DNA from: Callorhinchus milii
Taxonomy: Eukaryota
Assembly (NCBI RefSeq): GCF_018977255.1
Contig: NW_024704742.1
Location: 131,938,001-132,002,000 of the forward strand
Direction of reading: 5' to 3'
Length of the DNA stretch: 64,000 nt
Positions 25,601 through 38,514 of the stretch are shown here, one piece after another. A program made the translations under genes and the position numbers. Below the pieces are notes generated by a model, which worked only from the letters and a program-made list of their open reading frames with translations, ran no database searches and had not been told where the DNA came from. The first letter of the stretch is position 1; each line of letters starts with the position of its first letter.

Positions 25601-26252
25601 TGAAAATATGCTCTGTATCTTTTCACACACAAACACAGGTATGCTTTGATTCCTTTGAATGACGTGTTTTTGTCAGCTGGCTTCATATTGATGTCATGGG
25701 ACTTCATGGATGGTTCACTGTGTATTTGAGATAAGCTGGCTCTGAGAGTAACACTGACAAGTCACCTATTTAAGCCTGTTATGTGGCCTTGTGAGAGTTT
25801 GGTTTGTTAATTCCTGAACTCCTCTCCCTTCTGCTGGCATTTATTTAATTGAAAGATGAACTGCGTCACTTTGAGAAATATGATTATAAATCTATCACTG
25901 GCTCAGAAATAGGTTACTCCGTGATTTGCTTTTCCTTGGGTTTTGTTTCGAAGCAGATTATTGCAAATCTCTTACTTTGGATGTCCTCCCGAAATAAAAG
26001 GCTCAATAAACAGTAAACCTCACATAAATCGTATCTATTAGCACCATACATTTGATATGACTTATGCAAAGTATGAATTATGTCAAACTTGCAGAATATA
26101 AACTCTTGAATGGAACCTCAGCAGATGTATGACTTAGGCTTTTATTCGATTTATGCACATCAGACTTGTGCGAGTTTTACTGTAAATGCAATTTGTTGTT
26201 GTTCCTATATTGAGCGATACAATGCTCAGCGGGTTACCCTGCTCCCTTAGAT

Positions 26253-26660
26253 TATAATAATAACCTTTGCATTTGATGTAACACCTTATCACATCATCAA
26301 ATCACATGCAGGATTTTACTTTAGTTTAGTGACTGTGTATTTGTAGCTGAGCAGGGCAGTCAGTTTGCACACAGCAATGCGTCCTCCCAACATCTATGAA
26401 GTGAACAATTTATGATATCTGAGGGATTATTGGCCAGGTCACCGGGATAAACTCTTTTCTCAAATAGTGCCTTGGGATTTTAACGTCCACTTGAACAGGC
26501 AGACGGGATCTTGGTTTAATGTCTCATCTGAAGGATGGCACCTCTGACAATGCAGTTACCCCCTAACCCCAGCACTGCCCTGTAGTGTCAGGCTAGACTA
26601 GCCTGAATGCAACAACCTTCTGATTCAGAGGCAAGAGTGCTACCAACTTAGCCAGGCTCC
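26253..26660 (-). mobile_element. SINE family B, near full length
   Basis: Well-preserved reverse-complement Deu core (ttaacgtccacttgaacaggcagacggga.cttggtttaatgtctcatctgaagga.ggcacctctgacaatgcag). Confidence 0.85.
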
Positions 26661-28974
26661 TACCCGGTCATCCTTGCTCATGTTCTAAATATAATGGAAG
26701 CAAATTGCTGAATATTTACTCTGGCCTTGCTGGTCAATTTGTTGATTTCAGCGAGTTCATTGCTGGACAATTATAATTAAGTCATGGCATGCTGTATTTA
26801 TAATTGAGTTTGATATTTATCATTTAATTCAATATTTATCATTTTCAGTTTGCACTGCAGTTATTTACAAGCTCACGTTGGCAAATTTCCTAAACTTATC
26901 GAACAGAGCAGAATAACTGGGGGAACAAGCCAACATTCGAACGTTTACCAATGCTACACAATACATACCCTCGCCCCTTCCTCTCCAGTCCATGTTAATT
27001 CCCACCTCATCCCTCCCTGTCCTGGTTCAGCTCTAACAAAGCAAAATGCACAAATTATGTAAGATCAACCGAGAAATGTTTTGATACCAAATTCTTCTGC
27101 TATCTGATAGCTTCAAGCCAGGTATAGCTACGTACAGATACTGCATGGAAACAGGCCATTCACCCAACTAGCCCATGCCAATGTTTATACTCTACACAAG
27201 CTCACAGCCCTCCTATTCCTCACTCCTACACCGCTCTATTCCCGTTTCCCTCCTGATAAAATGCTCATTCACCTCATTCTCCCTCTATCCCACCACCTTG
27301 ACCCCTCCCTCGCCACTTTTAAATTCCACCTAAAAAGCTTCCCTTTTGATCGTGCTTACAGTCACCTCCCCCTCCCTCTCTCCCTAGCTTGGGGTCAGAC
27401 TCTGCCACTGTCAAGCACTCCAGGTTGCTACCCCGAGTCAAGGACACTATATAAATGCAAGTTATTGTAGTTGTTGGGATATTACTGTCTGCTAATTGGC
27501 TGTTGCGTTGGCCTTACGGAATATATAGTCACTACACTTCACAGCATTTACCTATGAAGCATTTTCAGTTTCAGTCGCATAGGTACCACATCAAATGCAA
27601 GGATTATCATTATTATTAAAATTCAAATCCCTTGTGCAACTAGAGAGTAATATTTTGTCATCCAAATTGAAGGAGTAAATCATTTTAAATATTAAGGGTC
27701 TTTCTCTGAGATATTAAAAGCACTGGTTAAATATTATCCTTGAGAGGAGTGTTTGAAGGATTTTTTTNCATTAAAATAACTTTAATATCTTGCGCTTACG
27801 TTGAACGGATTGTGAGATATAAAAAAGGGAAATGATTGATTAGGTGTTAGAACGCCAGTGGTCAAAATAAAGTTCTTAGCTAACGAGAGAGCATTTTGCT
27901 TGGTCTGTGAACACAAGTCTTTCAGACAAAGAGCCTTGCGGAAGGTGAATTACAGCAGTAATGCTCCTCAAGTTTACTTACCGATTAAAGCACAAAGAAA
28001 ATGCAATGCTATTTTATTTGATAGGAGATTTGGCAATTTAATAAAAGTCATAAGCACGCAATAAAGAATTTCATATTCCGGTAGAGACGGCGTTGGGAAA
28101 GCAATACGAAATCTTGGGCCCAGATGCAGACGTATGATATCTGGAGTGAAAATAACCAACCCATCTGTCATGGTCAGCAATGGCTATATCAAGTTGCTGA
28201 TAGTCTGTCAGCCACTGTGTGCTTCAAGGCATTTTTTTTTCCCAGCCAATATTAAAGTGCCGGTCTTTGCTATTAATAAACTTGTGCTGGCTTTAAATAA
28301 GCTATTAAAGCCCTGCCAGGTATAACCTTTGTTAAAAAGTATTTACTGTTTCAATTTTCTGGCATTTCATAGCCTTGGTGCCTTAGGTAGCGTGTGGCTG
28401 AAATATACCACGCATTTTTCTCCTCCAAAGTGGCCGGATTATAAACTGGGTATCTAAATGATAATAGTCACCACTTGGGAGAAGGAGTGAGACAGTAATA
28501 TCCTGGCATATTGATATTCACAGCATTTATCAGGATCCACATATTATGTATCACAGCTTTATATTGTTGGCAATGGAGTTGTTGCAGTGGATGTGAGTTA
28601 AATTCTTTTACCTCCAGGGTCTGGTGGGTTTCAATTCAAGCCAGTCAAATCCAGTGAACACCTTCTCACTCTGCCTCTCACACACACACTTACACACACA
28701 TTACACGGATATACTTGCAGGGCAAGTCTTACAAGGGTGAAGGCAAAGGGAGAGGTTGGGAGATTCTGTTACACATGGAGGGTTTGTTAAGATCTATGTC
28801 AAACACAGAGGTTGAGGCAGAATCCACCATAACTAGTTAAAGGCAATCAGACTAACAACTGGAAAGGAAATATAAACACATGGGGCAAAAGCTGTGGGGA
28901 GAAATTCCACCTGGGTCTATACCTTTTCTTGGCTTTTCAGAGTGTGCAACATTTGGCAAATTTTTAAATCCAGT

Positions 28975-30232
28975 CTGATAATAATCTTTGCATTTGACAC
29001 AGCACCTTTCACGTTGGGAGGACATCTCAAAGCGCATCACAGGATATACTGTAAAGTGCAGTGAATGTGTATTTTGTAGGTAAAATTCAATCTATTAAGA
29101 AATACAGAAATACAGCTCAAAATTAAAACTGAATTTAAGACTGGACTCAAGCGGAATTAATCCTTGTTGGTGTTGGTGGGGTGGAATTAAACTGATAGTT
29201 CTTACAGGGAAAACAATTCCAGCAGCTAAAAAATACAGACAAAGGTATAGGTTTGTTTATTGGTGCTGGTTTTCAGTGCTCTGAAAATCTACCCCACATG
29301 AGACCTCAGTTTAATGTCTCAGTCAAAGGAAAGTATCACTGAGAATGCAGCACTCCTCCAGCACTGCATTGAAGTATCAGCAGAGACTGTGTGATCTAAG
29401 TCCCAACATGGGGCTTGAATCCTCAGCCTCATGAGTCCGAAATGAGAGTGCTACTTACAGAGCAAAACTGACAACAGATACTCGAGGAAGTTCTCTTTGG
29501 ATGAGACGTTAAACCAAGGTCCCATCTGCATGTTCCAGTGGATAAAAATTATCTCGAGGCACTATTTGAAAAAAGTGCCCTGGCCAAAAATCACCAAAAT
29601 CAAAATTAGCCACTCACTTCATGGTTGTGTGCAAATTGGCTGCTGCGTTCACTCACAAAATACACAGAGTAAATCCTGTGAAGTGCTTTGAGACGTCCTC
29701 CTGACATAAAGGGAGCTACATCAGATGTAAGGGTTATTATCATTATTACGCCATCACATAGCAGCGTAACAGAACAAATGATTAGAGAAAAAATAGCACA
29801 AGAAGAAAGGATAGTGCTTCCAAGAAGACGTGATGAATAATAATAATAATAATAAAATAATCATAATAATAATAATCCTTGCGTTTGATATAGCCTTATC
29901 ACATCGTTGAGATGTCTCAATGCATTTTACTGAATATACTGTAAAGCGAACTGAATTTTGTGGGTGAAATGCAGGAACCAGTTGCCCACAATTGTGTCCC
30001 ACAAACAGTCATGGATTGAGTGACCAAATTATTATATTTTTTTGCAAGGATTATTGCCCCAGGAAAACAATCCGCCAATCGACTGACAACCGGGTTCCTA
30101 CTTACTGTTAAGTAAACAGAGGTATGTGGAGTAAGGAAACTTGCCCAAGATTTTGCCCTGTCTGGGAATCAAGCCCAGGTCCTCTCGCTTATGAGGTGAG
30201 TGCTCTAACCAATACTTTAAAGGACTCCACCA
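28975..30232. mobile_element. SINE cluster: B fragments (28975-29750) and long-form SINE A (-, 29836-30232)
   Basis: Similarity to other copies; 29836-30232 has tail, long-form segment and head. Confidence 0.8.
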
Positions 30233-31132
30233 GGATGTTGTTGTGGACGTGAGGGAAAGATGAGTAAGTGAGACCACTCCACCTCCTAATAATTATTAAT
30301 TATTAGTAGTATTAATAATGATGCTAATGGAGGAACACTTATGGCTTCTATCTGTGTTTAGCCACTTCCTGCAGCATGTAGGAAGTCATGTCAGTGGTGA
30401 CCTGACAACCCAGAAACATTGAGCTATGGCCATTTTGATTTAACACGCCCTGTTTGAACGTGGGTCTGAGTTTATGGACCCAAACCACCTTGTTATAATG
30501 GGGGTATTGATTGCTTAAGGTCATGTTTTTTTGGAGGGTGGGACTCAATGTGGGAGATAATTGTCATCAGTGATAATATCACATACCCTGTTTAGCATCA
30601 CTATACACTGAGAAGAGAAGTTTAGAAATACGGATCATTGTCTTGCCTCTCTCTGAGCCAGCTTGCGGTTTTCACTGTTTGCAATAGAGAGGCGCTGTTA
30701 CTGCTGGTAACAACCTGTGAGGAAAAGCATTGGTTCTCTACGACAGCTGTACGGATTTCCCCTTGTGCACTGTTAACTTTAAGTTTGGCCTGATTTGCTC
30801 CTAGGAGATCACATTGATTTGACCTGCTTTAAAATTACCGGGCACAGAGGCGGCATAAACAGAGACACTGGGATAGTGCGAGATTTTCCCATCATAAGCA
30901 GACATCCATCAAAATCACTGCACTTAGCGGCAGACGGAATATCAGCCCCGCTGAGCTTTCCAGCACAAGAGCTGTTGACAGTAAAGTAGCATCAACAAAG
31001 GTTACTGTTAGAGTCGCATATCTCTTGTGCTGGAGTGGAACAATTGGAATTAATATTCTTTCAAACATGTTGATAATAAAACAAATGACGTTCGGGGAAT
31101 CCGCAAAGCAGAATTGAAAGATTCGGTGGTTA

Positions 31133-31240
31133 AAACAAACAAAAAAACAAACCAACAAACCAACAAACCAACAAATAAATAAATAAACACATAAATACAT
31201 AAATAAACAAACAAACAAACAAATAAATAAATAAATAACA
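31133..31240 (+). repeat. Compound (AAAC)n/(AAAT)n microsatellite
   Basis: Directly visible; explains the F/L/V-rich minus-strand ORFs 30892-31365 and 31050-31241. Confidence 0.95.
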
Positions 31241-31489
31241 AATTTAAAAGGGAACAGGGAATAAAAAAAACTCAATTTTGAGATTCTGTCAAAGTGCGAG
31301 TCATAAAAATAAAGCGTTAGTGGGAAAGTGATACGGTAACATTGAGGATGTGGATTGCGGAACAATAACTAAATTGTTCCTCATATACTTTTTTTTGCCA
31401 GTCTGAAGCCCATTTTGACTGACTTTTGACTGACTACCCTCCCACCCACCCCAGCCCTTTTCTCACAGCACAAATGCATTTAATTGAAT

Positions 31490-31916
31490 TAATCGCACAC
31501 AAAATACACAGTCAATTCACTTTACAGTGTATTCTGCGAAGCGCTTTGGGACGTCTCAACGACATTATAAGACACTATATCAAATGCAAGGATTATTATT
31601 ATGATTTAGATGGCTGTCCGTTTTTAGCACTGGCGTTGATTGACTGTATATTTTGTGGGTGAAACTCGGCAGCCAATTGTGTCCCACAAACAGTTGTGGA
31701 TTGAGTCACCAAATTATTATTATCTTTTTTAAGGGATTATTACCCCCAGAAAAGCGATCCCACCAATCGACTAAGAACCAGGTTCCTACATACTGCTAGG
31801 TGAACAGAGGAGTATGGAGTAAGGAAACTTGCCTAATGTTTCGCCCTGCGGGAATCGAACCCAGCTCCTCTCACTTGCGAGACGAGTGCTCTAACCAATA
31901 CGCTTCAGGGCTCCAC
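31490..31916. mobile_element. SINE tail (+, 31490-31600) next to a long-form SINE A (-, 31635-31916)
   Basis: Direct similarity to the family A consensus. Confidence 0.82.
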
Positions 31917-34169
31917 TCCTTTAATGACTGCTCTTTGATTCATGGTTTGAAAAAGGCTCCGGGAAAATTCTGCTCCCAACATTAAATGCTCTTTGAGTCA
32001 TCTGACGCCTACACCCTCAGTGAATCAGACGGAATTAAACATTTTGATATGAGATGAGAGGACAGTTTTGATGGTATAGTGCCTTTCACGAATAACACGT
32101 CAAAGCTAAAAAGTTACTAAAATTTAACTTGATTTTCTTCCATTTGCAATCCCTGACCTACTCCCCTCACCTCTCCCACCCTCCCTCGCCTTCCACCTAA
32201 CCGCCTCCATCCCTTCCCCTCCCAACTAGTGGGAAACATGAATCGAATCCACTGAGTAACACAGAGGATTCTGCAGGTTTCAGCTTGGAATAAAACTGAC
32301 CGCGTGGGTGCATGCGGAGGGCAATTTGCACACAGCAATATCCCACAAATTAAATGTTTCACTCTGCAGCTTTCTAAGGCATTAATAAAGTGATGATTAA
32401 GTGTATTCAGATTCCAGTGGCCTGAAATTCCACCCAGTCTTAGCCTGAAATGGAAGAAGGAGCCATTAAAAAAGGATGCAATACAATACAGTTTATATTT
32501 GATCACTGTAGCTCCTTTTACGTGGTTGTGTGTGTGTGTGTGTGTGGGGGGGGGGAGTGAAGGGGGGGGAAACATCTCAAAGCCTTTCATACTGCTGCTT
32601 AGGGACCCAAGCTGGGGGTGGAAATCAAAAAGATTGGAGAGGGAAAAAGACCAAAAAGTTGTGATAACATTACAATAAATCATGACTTTTTGGTCGCCCT
32701 GTAAAATCCAATTGAGATTTTAAAGATCTGAGTATCTACACCCAATTCCCTCTATTCTTAATAATAATAATGTTTGTATTTGATAATAGCGCCTTATCAC
32801 ATTGTTGAGACGTCTCAAAGCCCTTCACAGAATGCAAAGTGTAGTGACTGTGTATTTTGTGGGCGAAACGCAGCAGCTAGTTAGCTAGTTGTGTGCAGTA
32901 GTATCTTGCATGGATTGAGTGGCCAAATTATTATTAATTTTTTGGAGAGATTATTACCCCGGAAAGCATAATCTTTTTTTATCTGCTCCTTGGAGATTTT
33001 TTTTATTACTATTCGTTACCATTGTCATCAGCAGAGATTTTGAAAAGTTGTGGTTTCTTTTAATTCTGTCTCGGGATCTGAGCGATGCTGACTGGACCAG
33101 TATTTCCCGCTGATCCCTGGTGGGCCCTGCAAAGGTGGTGGTGGCAGTGGGGGAGGGTAAGACCTTTGCTTTAAATGTCTGCAGTCCGTGTGACAATGAT
33201 GCCCCCCCATGATGGTGTTGGGTAGGCAAGTGCTGGGAGTTTCACCTGGGGACCATGCAGAATTGTTAGGCTGGCTAAGTGGCTAGTACTCTCACCTCCG
33301 AGTCAGAAAGAAATGGGTTTGAACCCCACGTTGGAGCCTTTTGAGCTCATTTAGTCTCGGCTGATCCTCCAGTCCAGTGCTGGGAGGTACCGTCCTTCAG
33401 ATTATGATAATAAACTAACAATAATGATCCTCGCATTCGATGTAGTGTCTTATCACGTTGCCGAAACATCTCAAAGTTCTTCAAAGGATTTACTGTGAAG
33501 TGTAGCTGTATATTTGGAGGCAAATTATCTGATAATAATTAGCACATTGCACACTGCACTTTTGCCCACAATGATACTTGGATTGAGACAGGCAGCTGTG
33601 TAATAAGTCACTGAAATCTCATTCCAAGTCTCTCTTTGTAAAACTATCTCAGTAAATCACGAACGGTCAGGGGAGAGAACAACGCTCATGAAAGTCTGAT
33701 CACAGGGCAGTAGCAGGAGGTAGAGCTATCAGCCGTTAGGAAGTTGGGCTATTCATAGAGAGGACTATTCAAGTTGGACAATTCATCATGAATGGCCAGA
33801 GGAGCAAGTGGTTTGGAAAGTCTTGTCAGAGAATAAAGCTCATGAAAGTCTTATCAGAGCAGTGGCGGGAGGTAGAGCCATCAGTTGTTGGGGAGTTGGA
33901 CAGCTCATTTTTTCTTGCTGTCTAATGTAACGTTTATATTGTGGCATGGATGGCAGAGGCACAGCAGAGGCCTCAGCAGTTTACATTGCTTCTGGGCAGA
34001 TGGGAGAGAAAGAGAGGGGAGGGGGAAGGAACACAGGTAAAACACAGCAACAACAACTCACATTTATATAGTGCCCTTCACAAAGGAGTAACGAGCTATG
34101 ATAAGTGCTAAGCTGACACCTGGCGTGTAACATTTAGCTTACTCAATGACATCATTGAGTAAGCTAAGT

Positions 34170-35420
34170 CGTGCAGTCAAAAGCCCCACTGTGTGTGGGC
34201 GCGGACGCAAATCACAAGAAATGTACTCTCTCTCGACAGCTTTTCCACCGAAAGAACTCAGTAGTTTTGATCTCCGCTCAGTCTCTCCATTCCAGAGAGG
34301 GCCTGGAGGCTATTAGCAGGGAGCAGCTACAGAAGGAAGAAACATGAACAGTGATTTCCAATGTAGCATTCTACGGGAGCTGGTTGCCCTTTGGTTTTGC
34401 TGCCCAAGTGGCCACTTGTTCACAAGATAGTCTTAGCAGTGTTATCAGCAAGCTCACCTCTCTATAGGGAATCATACTTGAACCTGACCTCTCCCCACCC
34501 AGCTGCCACATATGCACAATATCAGTCGAGGGCACTTTATTTTGGTCAGCCGACACATGCGGAAACCCATTGCTGTGCTTAAAAGTATCCAAACCAGACT
34601 GAGAGTTGCCACATAAGTAATAATAATAATAATAATGATCTTTACATTTGATATAGCGCTTTTCACGTCTTCTAGACGTCCCAAAGAGCTTCACAGAATA
34701 TACTGTAAAGTGAATTGATTGCATATTTGTGGGCAAACGCGGCAGCCAATTGCGCACAGCAATGTCCCACAAACAGTCGTAGATTGAAAATGACCAATTT
34801 ATTATTGTTTTGTTTTTTTGGAGGGATTATCATTAGGCGTGTGGAGTAAGGAAACTTGCCCAAGGTTTCGCCCTCTGTCTGGAATTGAACTCAGGCCTCT
34901 CACTTGCAAAGCGAGTGCTCTAACCACTGAGCTACAGGACTCCACAGTACACCACCTACAAATGGGAATTCCTGTGTGTCTGCAATGGAATGCGCTCTTA
35001 TCTTCCCTAAAGGGACATATTCTTCTTATCTAATTGAGCAGATTGGTAAGAACAAAGGGTTGAGGACCCCAGAGTGTCCACTGGGGGTACTGCTATTCTA
35101 ACCAGCTAAAGTTTTATTGTCTGCCATTGAATGCACTGTATGGCAATCTTTCCTGCTGCTTGTCCAGCTAGGACCACCCTACACTTCAGAGCTTTGGCTT
35201 ACAGGATTAACAGGAGCTGAGTGGGAAGAATCCCTTCTCTCGGTGACCAGTCTGCTTTTTCTAGTCCTACCGACGAGCCAGGCTGGCTTGTCTGTCATCA
35301 GCAGTGTTCTGATGCACTGCGAATCTGCCTGGTCTAGGAAATGGACTACCCAGACCGCTACAGAGGGTGGATTTGATTCTGTCCCATCTGATTCACAGGA
35401 GGCACATCGTCACATGGAAA
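34170..35420. repeat. Unclassified repeat 'X', longest fragment, split by a young SINE A at 34617-34945
   Basis: Segments 34530-34615 and 34946-35400 align with copies at 17050-17585, 45440-45680 and 63640-63985. The left boundary is not defined by homology and is a guess. Confidence 0.7.
34617..34945 (-). mobile_element. SINE family A, young short form
   Basis: Complete head-body-(TTA)n on the minus strand. Confidence 0.92.
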
Positions 35421-36419
35421 TGCTGGGTGTAATTACGGGTTGTCTCTTCCACCCACCATGTTTAGGGACTTGGCTCTGCGGTTGCCCCTGGAGTTAATCA
35501 CCACACGGCAGGTGCAATGAATTGTCCTCGGGAAAGTGATGCAGATGGATGCTTCATTTGACTCTATTTCTGAAACATTTCAAGAACCGTGCCCAGAATT
35601 CACCCAGATTTGTCGGAAACCCAATCCCAGCTGATACTTTTTGTTTCCTCCTTCATAGCCTCCTACGCGTTAGGAAGCAAATGTTAAATGTGAATGCCGC
35701 CTTGCCATTTTGTTGGATGTTTGCTTTCAGTTTATAGCCACAACAACAACAACTTGCATTTATATAGCGCCCTTTACACGGGGTAGCTTCCTGGAGCGCT
35801 ATCCCTTGTGACGGGTGCTATATAAGCCCAAAGAGGGTAAGATCTTCTGGGATGTCGGATGTGTAGGCCTGCAGATTCATTTGGCCCAACTAATCCACGC
35901 CTCTACATAACTCTCCATCTATCCTAATCTTTCCTCCCCATATCCCTCTATTGCCTTCTTCTAGTATGTAGGCATTGAGTTTCCTCTTAAATGCATTGAT
36001 GGGAGGGATGAAATGAGGGAAGGAAAAGAGCTCGTGGAAATAATTCTGCACTCTTAGTCCTCCAAATCCCCAAAACAAAACATTCTCAACCAATCCTATC
36101 ATCTATAGGGCACTCAGGTAAAATGTAATACAGCATAGCTCTTGCAAAAATAGTCAAATGCCAATATTTAAAAAAAGTAACAGTTCTTTACTGACTTTTA
36201 CTTAAACGGTAGAATCTTTAATGGTTGGTATTTGCTTGCTGCAAACAGTGAACAAATGGAATTAAATTGAACTCAATCCATAATTACTACTCCTTATCTT
36301 CAACATTTTCCACTGAAGAAGAGTTGCTACATTCAGCATATAGCCAAAGACACAACTATACTTTTCTGCAGTTAAAGCCAACTTAAAGTCAATATTGATT
36401 CTATTGATATGCAATTTAA

Positions 36420-37410
36420 TTCCTCTTCCTCAATTGGTAGCACCCTCACCTTTGAGACAAAAGGTAATGGGTTCAAGCACTATGTTGGGACATTGAACTG
36501 ATATTGTCTATAATAATAATAATCCTTTTAATTGGTATAGAACCTTATCATATCGGAAGGATGTCTCAAAGCACTTCACAGGATTTACTGTGAAATGGAG
36601 TGACTGTGCGTTTGTAAGCAAACACAGCAGCCCAATTGCATACAGCAATGTTCCACAACAGCCATGAAATGAGTGAGTGAGTTTATTTATGGGATTGTTG
36701 GTCAGGATACTGGGAGAAATTCCCTTCACTCTTCACATTGTGTCATGGGATCTGGAATGTCCACCTGAACAGGCAGAAGAGACCTCAGTTTAACATCTAC
36801 TCTAAAGGCTGGTACCTCAGATTATGTGAGTGAAAGTCCCTTTGTTTGAAATTCTAGTGCAATGCTAAAGGTTCTCTCCATCACTGCAATTGCTGTCATT
36901 CACATAAAATATTAAACTGAGCCCTTGTCCTGGCAAATAATTGCGCAGAATAATTGGTCATTTACTGCATGGCTGTTTGTGGGACATTGCTGTGCACAAA
37001 ATGGCTACCTCGTTCACCCATAAATTATACAGAACCTACCCTTTCGCTCACAAAGTATACAGTCAATTCACTTTACAGTATATTCTGTGAAGCGCTTTGA
37101 GATATCTCGAAGATATGATAAAGCGCTATATCATATACAAGGATTATATTAATAGTACTAATCCCTATATTTGATATAGCGCCTTTCAAGTTGGGAGGCC
37201 ATCTCAAAGTGCTTCACAAGATTCATTGTAAAGAGCAGTGACTGAAGTGAATTCGGATGACAGTTTGCACACAGCAATATCCCACAAACAGCCTTGAAGT
37301 AAGGGACCAATTGCAGTGAATAGCTCTTACAAAAAAATCCTGTGAAATGCTTTGAGATGACCTCCTAAAGTGAAAGGCGCTATAACAAATGCAAAGATTA
37401 TTTAGTTATT
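36420..37410. mobile_element. Dense cluster of SINE A/B fragments in alternating orientation
   Basis: At least four tail modules (36510 -, 37150 +, 37160 -, 37400 +) plus Deu core pieces. Confidence 0.75.
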
Positions 37411-37974
37411 GTTTTATTTGGTAACAGGTTTTAAGAGAGAGAGGGAGAGAAAGAAAGAGAGAGAGAGATCAACCTTTTATTTGCAAAGCAGCCATTTCGC
37501 TCTCACTACAATTGTAAATGCTGGAGCTTTAATTTACTTGTGCATTCGTCGGTTCAAAAGCACCTAATGACAGCACATCAAGTGGTTAAATACGGTCCGC
37601 AAAACCACTTAACATGCTAATTTTTTACATGCTAATAAGTTACTTAAAAGAACATATGTGCTAAACTGCTTATTATTGCCATGGCATTTGCCTTCAAATC
37701 AATGGAAGGATTCAATTCACTCCAATCTGTCCCATATTGATTTTGTGGTAATTATTGTTTAGTCATGGGCTCCTGTCCACGGATTAGCTTGGATAATTTT
37801 GATGGGGGTAAAAAATCGTCTGTCAGATCATTAATTGTTATACGGTATAATTCATTCCTGATGTTCAAAAGTGCAGAAGTGAAAAATTCAACATCTTTGA
37901 AAGTTATCATTAGGATAAATCAGTTACCAATTGGGTATATTTCCTCTTTTTTACCTGTGTTTCTTGGTTTTTTT

Positions 37975-38294
37975 GTGGAGTCCTGTAGCTCAGTGGTTAG
38001 AGCACTTGCTTTGCAAGCGAGAGACCTGAGTTCAATTCCAGGCAGGGCGAAGTTTTCTTACTCCACACGCCTAATAATAATCCCTCCAAAACCAAAAACA
38101 ATAATAAAATTGGTCATTTTCAATCTACGGCTGTTTGTGGGACATTGCTGTGCGCAATTGGCTGCCGCGTTCGCCCACAAATACACAGTCAATTCACTTT
38201 ACAGTGTGTTCTGTGAAGCGCTTTGGGAGGTCCTCCCGACGTGAAAAGCGCTATATCAAATGCAAGGATTATTATTATTATTATTATTATTATT
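37975..38294 (+). mobile_element. SINE family A, young short form
   Basis: Near-identical to 3309-3634; long (TTA)n tail. Confidence 0.92.
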
Positions 38295-38514
38295 GGTTTC
38301 TGTTAGGTACTTTGGAGATGTCAGTGATATGTATCAACATTAAAACAAGTCAAATACTTTACAGTCATGATCAAACACAGTGCGTAAAGAAGCTCAAATC
38401 CAGGTGTAATCAAAACCTGTATCTAATTCTCTCTTACCAGAAACAACTGGCAAATGTGCATCAAGCACCTAAACACTGAATCATTGCATTCATATTTGAG
38501 GATTCAGGCTGCAG

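Noticed and set aside
27768..27768. Single N base
   Set aside because: Assembly ambiguity at the end of a T run; not biological.
30892..31365. Hydrophobic 'membrane protein' ORF
   Set aside because: Produced by the (AAAC/AAAT)n microsatellite.
33674..33908. CRISPR-like repeat-spacer structure
   Set aside because: Only two degenerate ~70-bp units, vertebrate context, and no cas genes.
34380..34600. Restriction-like endonuclease motifs (KCP, KY..L, G.LGS) suggesting repeat X is an R2/NeSL-type LINE
   Set aside because: Needs three different frames and two stops, no CCHC knuckle is visible, and the other copies do not support a PD motif. Too weak to call.
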